A stretch of 32,000 nt of DNA from Silicimonas sp. (lineage in GTDB: Bacteria; Pseudomonadota; Alphaproteobacteria; Rhodobacterales; Rhodobacteraceae), in assembly GCA_022826205.1 (NCBI GenBank), contig JAJDVJ010000185.1, positions 23,661 to 55,660 on the forward strand. The letters are read 5' to 3'. The position numbers and the translations under genes were made by a program. Of this stretch, positions 8,984 to 17,706 are shown in pieces; position 1 is the stretch's first letter, and every line of letters starts with the position of its first letter. The notes under the pieces are model-generated. The model searched no databases. It was not told the DNA's origin and saw only the letters and a program-made list of their open reading frames with translations.

Positions 8984-9715
8984 CTAGGCCGGAGGATTTT
9001 CGCTCAACGCTCGTGCGAATTCGTCAAGAAGGCGCGCCAACTCGTCAGGCTTCTCGACCATTGCGTCATGCATGGTCGCGATCCGGTCGCTCTTCCAGCC
9101 CGTCCGGCCCTTGACCCGATCATGCTCCTTCCAGAACACGGAAGGATGGTTCCGCTCGCAAAGGATGTAGTAGCGATGTGCCACCTCGACTTCTCGCCCC
9201 GTCAAGGTCACGTCGCTGGAAAATGTCTTGGCCGGCTGCGGCGTGCACATTGATCTCAGCCAGTCCTTGACCTCTTCGTCTTCGGCCCAGGCATCGAACA
9301 GATCCGGCTGAATTCCTGCGGCACCGCTGTCGATTTCGGCCTGGAACCGCGTCATGCGCTCTGGATTGTTTCGTGCAAAGAGCGAAACGCCACTTTCCTC
9401 CGGCACGAATGCATCAAGATAAACAAGCGCTTTCACGCGCTCCGGAACCTGGCCTGCGACACCTGTCACGATCAGGCCGCCGTAGGAGTGTCCGACAAGA
9501 ATGACATCCTCCAATTCAGCCCATCGCAGAACGTTCACGACGTCCAGCACGTGAAGATCGGAGTCGATCTCTGACGTCAGAAGGTGGCTCCGGTCGCCAA
9601 GTCCGGTAAGCGTCGGCGCATGGGTCCGATGCCCTCTTTCGCGAAGCGCGTCTTCCACCATGGCCCAGCACCACCCGCCATGCCATGCACCATGTACCAA
9701 GACAAACACGGCCAT
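8984..9715 (-). CDS. Alpha/beta-fold hydrolase (esterase-like)
   Basis: Starts MAVFVLVHGAWHGGWCW; nucleophile elbow GHSYGG. ATG 9715 is preceded by GGAGG with a 7-nt spacer. Confidence 0.85.
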   Translation of the reverse strand: MAVFVLVHGAWHGGWCWAMVEDALRERGHRTHAPTLTGLGDRSHLLTSEIDSDLHVLDVVNVLRWAELEDVILVGHSYGGLIVTGVAGQVPERVKALVYLDAFVPEESGVSLFARNNPERMTRFQAEIDSGAAGIQPDLFDAWAEDEEVKDWLRSMCTPQPAKTFSSDVTLTGREVEVAHRYYILCERNHPSVFWKEHDRVKGRTGWKSDRIATMHDAMVEKPDELARLLDEFARALSENPPA

Positions 9716-9951
9716 TCGCAAGCCTCCGCTGCATTTCCCCAGAACACGACTGCTCCGGAACATCGTCCCGGGCTACGTCCCCGAATCGGAATTATGCCCG
9801 CGCACTATTGTGCGAATCGTGAAGGCGTTCCTAACTTGCCGCGCACGTATTGCCCAGTCGCAACCAGGCAAGCAGTGTTGTATCTTGGGGAACCGAATCT
9901 TCCTCTGGAGATTCGATGCCCGCATCAGCATGAAGGGAGAAGACAATCATC

Positions 9952-10605
9952 ATGGCATTGCGCATCAACGACACGGCTCCGGACTTCACGGCCGACACGA
10001 CCGAAGGTCCGATCAGCTTTCACGACTGGATTGGCGACGGCTACGCAATCCTGTTTTCGCATCCCAAGGATTTCACGCCGGTCTGCACGACGGAACTCGG
10101 CCTGATGGCGGGCATGCAGGAAGAGTTCGCGAAACGGAATGCCAGGATCATCGGGATCTCGGTCGATCCGGTGGACGACCATCATCGCTGGAAGGATGAC
10201 ATCAAGACGGTCACCGGGAACATGGTGACCTACCCCATGATCGGTGATCCGGAAATGAAGGTCGCCAAGCTCTATGACATGCTGCCCGCAAGCGAAGAGA
10301 GGGTCGAAGGACGCACGCCTGCCGACAATCAGACCGTTCGGACCGTCTTCATCGTCGGGCCGGACAAGAAGGTGAAGCTGTCACTGACCTATCCGATGAC
10401 GACCGGCCGGAACTTCGACGAGATCCTGCGTGCCCTCGATTCAATCCAGTTGACCATGGATCACCAGGTCTCGACCCCGGCGAACTGGAAGCAGGGCGAA
10501 GACGTCATCGTTGTACCCGCCGTGCCCGATGAAGACGCCAAGGCACGGTTCGACGGATTCGACAAGGTGCTGCCGTATCTCAGAACCGTCAAGCAACCGG
10601 CCTGA
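9952..10605 (+). CDS. 1-Cys peroxiredoxin (Prx6-like)
   Basis: 217 aa with DFTPVCTTELG (the peroxidatic Cys motif PVCTTE) and overall thioredoxin-fold peroxiredoxin sequence. Confidence 0.92.
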   Translation: MALRINDTAPDFTADTTEGPISFHDWIGDGYAILFSHPKDFTPVCTTELGLMAGMQEEFAKRNARIIGISVDPVDDHHRWKDDIKTVTGNMVTYPMIGDPEMKVAKLYDMLPASEERVEGRTPADNQTVRTVFIVGPDKKVKLSLTYPMTTGRNFDEILRALDSIQLTMDHQVSTPANWKQGEDVIVVPAVPDEDAKARFDGFDKVLPYLRTVKQPA

Positions 10606-10728
10606 TCACGTCACTTGCTGCCGTTTGACTTGAACGGGGTTCTTTGCAACCGCTTGCCATGTGAGTCCGGTTCGGATGCACCGGATCGGCTCTGCATGCG
10701 TGATCGACCGGCGTTATGAAACGACCTG

Positions 10729-11022
10729 CTACCGCCGCAAAGCGAGGCGGATCAAGTGACGAACGCCAAAGGCCAGCACGACATATGCCACAATTGACAG
10801 AGCCAATCCCAGAAGGCGCGCGAAGCCAGACATACTGCCAACATACGTATCGAAAAGCGCGGCAACGCCAATGTATGGCGCCACGAGAACCGTTCCCAAC
10901 GAGGGGCTGAACTGCAGGCCTACGAAGAGACCGATGACCGGCACGACGACTCCGGCAACGATGCCGATCACAAGCGTGATGATGTTGCCTAGCGTCAAGA
11001 ATGATTTCAGCTTGTGAGCCAT
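10729..11022 (-). CDS. Small hydrophobic membrane protein of unknown function (about 3 predicted TM segments)
   Basis: 97 aa from ATG 11022 (MAHKLKSFLTLGNIITLVIGIVAGVVVPVIGLF...). The track's longer ORF (to 11184) runs into the repeat element and is unlikely. Confidence 0.55.
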   Translation of the reverse strand: MAHKLKSFLTLGNIITLVIGIVAGVVVPVIGLFVGLQFSPSLGTVLVAPYIGVAALFDTYVGSMSGFARLLGLALSIVAYVVLAFGVRHLIRLALRR

Positions 11023-11138
11023 GACTGGATAAGCCGGAAACTTGTTTTGCGCGGGATCATTGTCGACGAAAATCGGTCGCCAGCAAGACACCCTTCGCGT
11101 CTGAAAGATGCGCTTCTCCTGTGGTGCACGTAACCGAA

Positions 11139-11415
11139 GGGAATTATATACGAAAGTCACATCGTGGCTTCGCATTGATTTCACGGGTCATCGAAGTGGC
11201 CAACGCCAACGCTCCTCGCCGTGCAGATGTGCCAATCCCGGACGCCGCGTCATGTTTGCCCTTTCAGCGGGGCGGTTCAGCAGGGCTGTGGCCCTCAAAC
11301 TCTGTTGCCGAGATCGGAAAGGCAATGCCTCGCCCTCATGCACGGTCTACTTGCCATGTTTCCAACGTGAGCGCAATGCCGGGATCGAACCATGTGACTT
11401 TCGTATATAATTCCC
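11139..11415 (+). mobile_element. 277-bp non-autonomous (MITE-like) element, copy A, with 24-bp perfect terminal inverted repeats GGGAATTATATACGAAAGTCACAT
   Basis: The left end (11139-11162) is the exact reverse complement of the right end (11392-11415). A second copy lies at 22204-22480 in the opposite orientation. No transposase ORF. The differences between copies are mostly non-synonymous in every open frame. Confidence 0.8.
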
Positions 11416-11419
11416 AATC

Positions 11420-13585
11420 CTATCCCTCGATCCTGTTCAGGTCCGCCACGGCGAGACAAGTCTCGCTGATGCGATTCAGAAGGTTGAGACGGTTTCGCCT
11501 CAAGCTCTGATCCGCGGCGTTTACTTGCACCGCGTCGAAAAAACCGTCGATCGGCCCTCTGAGACTGGCCATTGCCGACATGGCCGCCTCGAAGTCCTCA
11601 GACTTCATGGCGGGACGAATTGAAGCCTCCGCCCTTTCCAGCGCATCAAACAGCGAACGCTCCTCGTCTTGCTCCGCCAGCTTCGGGTCCGGATCGAGTG
11701 CGTATTCGACACCATCCTTCTCCTCGGCCTGCTTCAGGATATTGTGCGCACGCTTGAAGCCCTGTGTAAGATTTTCGCCGTCTTCGGTGTCCAGAAACGC
11801 GGAAAGGGCATTGGATCGCTTTACCAGCAGCGTCAGGTCATCCGCGCCTGGCATTGCAAGACAGGCGTCAATGACATCGTGGCGAAGGCCCTTGCCACGC
11901 AGAAAGACCTTCATGCGATCATGCAGGAATTCGAGGATCCCGCGTGGCAAGGTGAGGTCCTCGTCACCTATGCCCAGTTCACCTCTAGTCTTGTCGAGCA
12001 AGGCCTTTGCCTCCTCGCTCCGCCCTGCCGCTTCGGAGCCATGCTCCTCCACGGCCAAGGCGGCCCGAAGGCCCGGTTTCGTTGCAATCTCGACGAAGGA
12101 AATTCGGAGTTCGTTTTCGAGAATAAGCCTTATGACGCCGAGCGCCGCACGCCTGAGCGCAAACGGATCCTTCGAGCCGGTAGGCTTCTCGTCTATTGCC
12201 CAGAACCCAGCCAACGTGTCGATCTTGTCGGCAAGCGCGACCACGACCGAAAGTAACCCGTTCGGCACATTGTCGGACGGGCCCAGGGGCTGGTGGTGCT
12301 CGCGTGCAACGCGTGCGACATCGTCTGACTGGCCCGCGGCACGAGCGTAGTGTTCGCCCATGATCCCTTGGAGTTCGGCGAACTCGTAGACCATCTCGGA
12401 CGACAGGTCGGCCTTAGCGACCCGCGCCGCCTCGACCGCCCGATCAGGATCGGCTCCCAATGCCGGGGCAATCTCCTTCGCCAATTCCGAAATCCTGTCG
12501 ATTCGCTCGGCCTGGCTTCCGAGCCTGTTGTGAAACGTGACCTTGCCGAGCATGTCGGTCCACGCCTTCATCCCATCCCTGGCCACGCGCAGGTCGTTTT
12601 CCCAGAAGAACTTGGCATCCGAAAGGCGGGCCCGAAGCACCTTTTGGTTCCCGGCCATGATCGTTGCACCCTTGTCCGCCGTCTCCCGGTCCGCCACCGC
12701 GATGAAATGCGTGATCCGGCCAGAACTGTCCCTTGCGCTGAAGAACTTTTGGTGCACCCTCATTGAGGTCTGCAGCACCTCGGGCGGCAGATCCAGAAAT
12801 TCCTCCCCGATCTCGCCCAGCAGAACCACCGGCCATTCGACAAGGCCCGCGACCTCTGCCAGAAGGCCCTTGTCCTCCACCACTTCAAATCCCCATTCAT
12901 CCGCCAGCCGAGTTGCATCGCGCACGATGATCTCTTCACGCTCCTGGGCGGAGACAACGACTTTGGCCCCATTCATCTTCGCCAGGTAGTCGGCAGTGGA
13001 CGTGACGCTGATTGGTTCTGGGGCCATGAAACGATGGCCCACCGTCCGGTCGCCGGCACGTATGCCGTCGACTTCAAGGTCAACGACCTGTGTCTCGTCC
13101 ACGTCGCTCAGCAGGCAGATGATCGAGTGCAGAGGCCGCACCCATCTGAGGCTTCCGGAACCCCAACGCATGGATTTGGGCCACGGGAAATCGCGGATGA
13201 CCACGTGCAGAACTTCGGCCACGATCTCGCCAGCCGGGCGTCCTTCATGCTTGATGACCGCGAACCACACCTGTCCTTTCTTGCCTTCCCGCGCCTCAAG
13301 GTCCTCCTTGGAGAGTCCGGTCGAGCGCAGGAATCCATCCAGCGCTTTCTCCGGAGCGTTGACGCTCGGACCCTTTCGCTCCTCTCGCGTCGCAGGGCTC
13401 ATCTTCGGCAAGCCCGACACCGTCAAGATCAACCGTCGCGGCGTGACAAAGGACGCAGCGTCGCCATGGGACAATCCAGCCTCGGCAAGGCCGTCCGTCA
13501 CGAGACGCTTCAAGTCCTCGGCCGCAGTTGCTTGCATGCGCGCGGGGATTTCCTCGGACAGGAGTTCGATCAGCAGATCAGGCAT
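11420..13585 (-). CDS. glyS: Glycine--tRNA ligase beta subunit
   Basis: 721 aa starting MPDLLIELLSEEIPARMQ, full-length GlyS-like, downstream of glyQ on the same strand. Confidence 0.95.
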   Translation of the reverse strand: MPDLLIELLSEEIPARMQATAAEDLKRLVTDGLAEAGLSHGDAASFVTPRRLILTVSGLPKMSPATREERKGPSVNAPEKALDGFLRSTGLSKEDLEAREGKKGQVWFAVIKHEGRPAGEIVAEVLHVVIRDFPWPKSMRWGSGSLRWVRPLHSIICLLSDVDETQVVDLEVDGIRAGDRTVGHRFMAPEPISVTSTADYLAKMNGAKVVVSAQEREEIIVRDATRLADEWGFEVVEDKGLLAEVAGLVEWPVVLLGEIGEEFLDLPPEVLQTSMRVHQKFFSARDSSGRITHFIAVADRETADKGATIMAGNQKVLRARLSDAKFFWENDLRVARDGMKAWTDMLGKVTFHNRLGSQAERIDRISELAKEIAPALGADPDRAVEAARVAKADLSSEMVYEFAELQGIMGEHYARAAGQSDDVARVAREHHQPLGPSDNVPNGLLSVVVALADKIDTLAGFWAIDEKPTGSKDPFALRRAALGVIRLILENELRISFVEIATKPGLRAALAVEEHGSEAAGRSEEAKALLDKTRGELGIGDEDLTLPRGILEFLHDRMKVFLRGKGLRHDVIDACLAMPGADDLTLLVKRSNALSAFLDTEDGENLTQGFKRAHNILKQAEEKDGVEYALDPDPKLAEQDEERSLFDALERAEASIRPAMKSEDFEAAMSAMASLRGPIDGFFDAVQVNAADQSLRRNRLNLLNRISETCLAVADLNRIEG

Positions 13586-13651
13586 GGGTCAGTTCCTTGC
13601 ATCGGTCGAACCCAGAGTGGGAAGATTGCAAGTGGATCGGCGCTTCCTGGG

Positions 13652-14185
13652 TCATTGGCTTTCCCTCTGCGGGGGTAATGGGCAATCTTCCGGCAAGGAA
13701 TCCCCATTGAAAAATCTCTCTCCGCAACGGTTCAACTGGTGCCATACGTAGCCATGCCCGTCTCGGGAGACAGCCACAACCCTGTCAAACCCGTAAACGA
13801 TATTGCCGGTGCCCAAAAACGCGATTGCGGAACCACTTTCCAGCGCCGCACCGACTTTCGACGCATTAAAGCATCCGAACCATCCAGGCGCCACGTTGGG
13901 CACCGGGCTATCATGGACAACAAAGGTTTCGGTGAGTGTCTCAAGGTTCAAGCTGGTCGTAAAACAGGCTCGGTAACGCAAAGGTGAGCTTTCCGCGTCA
14001 ATTGATTGAAATTCTTCATGGATTATTGGCTCAGGCTTTCCGGAATGAAGCGCTGTCAGCTGCACGTCGGACGCCCCGCTTGGCGGAATCTCATTGTAGA
14101 ACCCGTACACCTGAAGGTAGTACAGACCACCGCCAGCAAGCGCGCTGCAAATCACGAGAACAAGCGCAATCGCCTTCCCGCTCAT
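13652..14185 (-). CDS. Conserved hypothetical membrane-anchored protein located between glyQ and glyS
   Basis: 177 aa with an N-terminal hydrophobic anchor (AIALVLVICSALAGGGLYYL) and a GC3-rich frame. Function unknown. Confidence 0.7.
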   Translation of the reverse strand: MSGKAIALVLVICSALAGGGLYYLQVYGFYNEIPPSGASDVQLTALHSGKPEPIIHEEFQSIDAESSPLRYRACFTTSLNLETLTETFVVHDSPVPNVAPGWFGCFNASKVGAALESGSAIAFLGTGNIVYGFDRVVAVSRDGHGYVWHQLNRCGERFFNGDSLPEDCPLPPQRESQ

Positions 14186-14309
14186 GCCACGTCCAGATCA
14201 AGGCGAAACCGCCTTCCGCGTGGCATGCATGTCGCCAAGGTCAGTCTCTTTCCCCAGACACCCCGCCGAGTTTCCTGACTGGGCCTCAGTTGGCAAGGCA
14301 TCGGCACGA

Positions 14310-15233
14310 TCACGCGCCTGCTGCCGCCTCGGTCGTCACGAAGGCATCGGCGCAGGCCTTTGCCAGCGATCGCACCCGCCCGATATAGGCTTGGCGTTCG
14401 GTGACGGAGATCACGCCACGGGCATCAAGAAGGTTGAACAGGTGCGAAGCCTTGATGCACTGGTCATAAGCGGGATGCACCATCACGATCCGCTTTCCCG
14501 TCTTCGGGTCCAACTCTTCCGCCTCGAGGATTTGGCGGCATTCTGTCTCGGCGTCCTCAAAATGCCTGAACAGCAAGCCAGTGTCCGCGACGTCGAAATT
14601 CCAGCGGGCATATTCCTCTTCTGTCTGCCGGAAGATGTCGCCGTAGGACAGTGCAATCCTGGACTGCGGATCATTGAATGGCATCTCCATAACGTGGTCG
14701 ATGCCAAGTACGTGCATGGCCAAGCGCTCGAGACCGTAGGTCAGCTCGCCCGAAACCGGGTGGCAATCATGCCCGCCGACCTGCTGGAAATACGTGAACT
14801 GGCTTACCTCCATGCCGTCGCACCAGACCTCCCAGCCAAGTCCCCACGCGCCTAGGGTCGGGCTTTCCCAGTCATCCTCGACAAACCTGATGTCATGCAG
14901 ATCCATGTCGATTCCGATCGCTTCCAGCGACCCGATGTAGAGCTCCTGCAGATCGGGAGGCGAAGGCTTTATGATCACTTGGAACTGATAATAGTGCTGA
15001 AGGCGATGCGGATTCTCCCCGTAGCGGCCATCCGTTGGGCGCCGCGAAGCCTGCACGTAGGCCGCTGACCATTCCCGCTTGCCCAGCGCACGCAGCATAG
15101 TGGCCGGATGGAAAGTGCCTGCCCCGACTTCAAGGTCGTAAGGTTGAAGCAACGCGCAGCCCTCCCCCGCCCAATAGTTCTGAAGCCGAAGGACGATTTC
15201 CTGGAAACTCGTTGGGCGCGTGTCTGCGCTCAT
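14310..15233 (-). CDS. glyQ: Glycine--tRNA ligase alpha subunit
   Basis: [43 protein letters not shown] is a typical GlyQ N-terminus. The ORF-track start at 15398 adds 55 non-conserved residues. Confidence 0.95.
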   Translation of the reverse strand: MSADTRPTSFQEIVLRLQNYWAGEGCALLQPYDLEVGAGTFHPATMLRALGKREWSAAYVQASRRPTDGRYGENPHRLQHYYQFQVIIKPSPPDLQELYIGSLEAIGIDMDLHDIRFVEDDWESPTLGAWGLGWEVWCDGMEVSQFTYFQQVGGHDCHPVSGELTYGLERLAMHVLGIDHVMEMPFNDPQSRIALSYGDIFRQTEEEYARWNFDVADTGLLFRHFEDAETECRQILEAEELDPKTGKRIVMVHPAYDQCIKASHLFNLLDARGVISVTERQAYIGRVRSLAKACADAFVTTEAAAGA

Positions 15234-15381
15234 GGGTTGCTCCTGATGCGAAACTTTCGCGCACTCAATAGGCAAGGCCGCACGAACGGTCAATGAAGCG
15301 TCACGAGACGTTGGAATCTCAAACTGAATGTTTTGGAGTGATCTGTGAGAATCGGCTGGATCGGGTATTGCATTGCGCTGG

Positions 15382-15696
15382 TCAGAGCGAGTGAACACTC
15401 CGTCGCCTGAAGGCGGCGAAGGCCCTGTCGAGCCAGCGCAGGACCTGCTGCTCGGCGCTGAAGCTGTATCCGGCCAGCTCCGGAACCGCGTCCCGGACGG
15501 CCTTCAGCTCGCCGGCCTGCCGGACGTAGCCGAGGCTGACGCCCTGCCGCCTCCACGCCTCGATGCGCTGCTGGAGGCCCGCGTTGCAGAGGTCGCAGAA
15601 GTGTCCGAGCATGTCCGTCAGGGCCGCTTCCTGCGCCCTGTTGGGGTAGAGCCGGTACTTGTGGCTCCTGATCAGCCTCCTGCCCATGTTCGCCAT
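15382..15696 (-). pseudogene. tnpB: Truncated IS200/IS605-family tnpB (OrfB, RNA-guided nuclease family): N-terminal ~100 aa only
   Basis: ...RSHKYRLYPNRAQEAALTDMLGHFCDLCNAGLQQRIEAW...[11 protein letters not shown] matches the conserved TnpB N-terminus (KyRlyPn..Q, ...Af..Ff.r). The frame ends after about 105 codons, where full-length proteins have about 400. No RuvC or zinc-finger part, no tnpA. Confidence 0.75.
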
Positions 15697-15736
15697 GTGT
15701 TCCAATCTATGCCAGGCCGGTCGTCACTGCAAGGGG

Positions 15737-15778
15737 CGCGCATTCGCCTGTCGCCTGAACGCGACAGTCCCCTGCGCG
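15737..15778 (-). other. Imperfect hairpin: CGCGCA/TGCGCG plus CTGTCGC/GCGACAG arms, 5x5 internal loop, 6-nt apical loop
   Basis: Read directly from the sequence. It lies 133 nt downstream of the trkH stop and about 40 nt upstream of the tnpB remnant. It could be the trkH terminator (no U-tract) or an IS200/IS605-type subterminal left-end hairpin. Confidence 0.4.
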
Positions 15779-15910
15779 AGTTCTATGGTCCGAACTGTCC
15801 AGAATCGTCGCCTCGTTCAGCGTCAGCGTGGCCCTCGTCGGGAAGCATCTCAAAGTGTATGCGGTCAATCCCGGGCTGGACGACGTCGCCAGAACACAGG
15901 CCCTGCAATC

Positions 15911-17359
15911 TCAGGCGCGCCAGAACCGTGACGTGAACAACACGAACACCACAAGCAGTTCCAACCGCCCAACAAGCATTGCCGATAACAGGATCCACTT
16001 TGCGGCATCGCTCAACTCGGCGAAGTTCCTGTCCGGCCCAATCATGGTGCCGAGACCCGGACCCACATTGGCAAGTGCCGTGGCCGCGCCGCTTACGGAT
16101 GTAACGAGATCGAGCCCCGTCGCCGAAAGAAGCACGGACACGATTCCGAGCGTTACAAGGAACATCGTCAGGAAGACCATCACCGAGGAAAGCACATCTT
16201 CACTCAGCCGCCGCCCAGCATACTTGAGCTGGTAGACTCCGTGCGGACTCTGGATCCGGCGGATCTGGTTCGCCACGGCCTTCAGCAGAATCTGGTACCT
16301 GAACACCTTGACTGAGCAGCTGGTCGATCCCGCGCAGCCGCCAATCAAACCGACAAGGAAGAAGACCGTGACCGGGAACGCTCCCCAAAGCTGGTAGTCC
16401 GTGCTCGCATAGCCTGTGCCTGTCATGATCGACGTGATGTTGAACAGAGCCTCGCGCAGGGCGGAATGCGCCGCCGTTCCCTGTGCCAGCAGCCTGTGAA
16501 TTGCAACCAGGGCGACAATTGTGAGTAACGCCACCAGAAACGCCCGCACTTGGCTGTCGCGCAGCAGCGGCTTCGACGAACCGGCCAGAATCTGCACGTA
16601 GCGCACAAATGGCAGGCTGGCCAATATCATGAAGACCACGGCGACATATTCCGGTGCCCCCTGGAAGCTGCCGAACGACTCGTCACGGGTCGAAAATCCA
16701 CCGGTCGCGATGGTGGTCATCGCGTGGTTGGCGGCTTCAAAGAGAGGCATGCCCGCAACCAGGTAGGCCACTGCACACGCAATTGTCAGGACCAGGTAGA
16801 TGATCGAGATGCGGGACGCGATTTCGGCAGCTCTCGGCAAGACCTTGCCATCCGTGTCGAATCCCTCGGAACGGAAGATCTGCATGCCGCCGACCCGCAG
16901 TTCCGGAAGAAAGGCCATGGCAACGACAATAATCCCGATGCCGCCGAACCATTGCAACATGGATCGCCAGACAAGCAGTCCCGATGGCAGCGCCTCCAGC
17001 CCGCTGAACACCGTCGAGCCGGTCGTTGTCAGTCCGGACATCGCCTCGAAATACGCGTCCGTGAATCCAGCTCCGAGGTCACCCCACATGAAGGGCAACG
17101 CTCCGAAGAACGGAAGAACGACCCAAACCCCTGTTGTCAGCAGGAATATCTGCTGCAGGTTCATGCCGCCCGCCACAGAATTGGACGACGCCAATGCCAT
17201 CAATCCGCCGATCAGGAGCGTGATCAGGGCAACTTCCAGAAACGTTCCCGCATGGTCATTGTCCTGAGCAAGGTCAACGAACATCGGTATCAGCATGGAG
17301 ACGCCAAGCGCGGCAACAAGAAGGCCGATGACGTATCCGATGGGTCTGAAATCAACCAT
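15911..17359 (-). CDS. trkH: TrkH-family potassium uptake protein
   Basis: About 480 aa polytopic membrane protein with repeated TrkH-type pore-loop segments (TTTGSTVF, ATGGFSTR, MTGTGYAS). I prefer ATG 17359 (MVDFRPIGYVIG...); the track's TTG at 17395 is an alternative. Confidence 0.9.
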   Translation of the reverse strand: MVDFRPIGYVIGLLVAALGVSMLIPMFVDLAQDNDHAGTFLEVALITLLIGGLMALASSNSVAGGMNLQQIFLLTTGVWVVLPFFGALPFMWGDLGAGFTDAYFEAMSGLTTTGSTVFSGLEALPSGLLVWRSMLQWFGGIGIIVVAMAFLPELRVGGMQIFRSEGFDTDGKVLPRAAEIASRISIIYLVLTIACAVAYLVAGMPLFEAANHAMTTIATGGFSTRDESFGSFQGAPEYVAVVFMILASLPFVRYVQILAGSSKPLLRDSQVRAFLVALLTIVALVAIHRLLAQGTAAHSALREALFNITSIMTGTGYASTDYQLWGAFPVTVFFLVGLIGGCAGSTSCSVKVFRYQILLKAVANQIRRIQSPHGVYQLKYAGRRLSEDVLSSVMVFLTMFLVTLGIVSVLLSATGLDLVTSVSGAATALANVGPGLGTMIGPDRNFAELSDAAKWILLSAMLVGRLELLVVFVLFTSRFWRA

Positions 17360-17706
17360 GCGGCGAGCCTTGGCCCCGGGACCGGCCCAAGTCAACTGCG
17401 GAGCGGCATGCGCCGCACCGCCCCTCAGCCAACAATGTCAGGTTGCGGATCGGCAAACCGGAAGCTCTGCATGATGCAGTTCAAGTTGATGCTCCGCCCG
17501 TCGGCATCCGGAAGTTAGGGTGCCGGACGTCCTGGAACAGGTGCCACATGCCGTGCATCTGTGGGGAGCAGGTCGCCCTAGACATCGGGGAGCGTCTCAA
17601 GACATGAAGCATCTGGTCCGTAGGATTCAGGGCATCGATAAGAACGGGCTGCAGCAGAATCCAGCTTGCTCAACTGCTTGAATCCCTGGTCCGAGGCGTA
17701 GGGGGC

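Noticed and set aside
11366-11392. tRNA T-loop-like motif GGTTCGATCCCGG followed by CATTGCGCTCA on the minus strand inside the repeat, next to the TIR
   Set aside because: No complementary T-stem 5' arm, acceptor stem, anticodon arm or D arm can be built around it. The motif is mutated in copy B (GGTTCCATCC). At most it is a relic; it is not a tRNA gene.
11108-11510. Plus-strand ORFs 11108-11410 and 11121-11510 (and their equivalents in copy B) that read through the 277-bp repeat
   Set aside because: Two overlapping frames are open at once, and there is no start or ribosome-binding-site context inside the element. Seven of the 8 inter-copy substitutions change the amino acid in the best frame. 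This behaves as non-coding repeat DNA.
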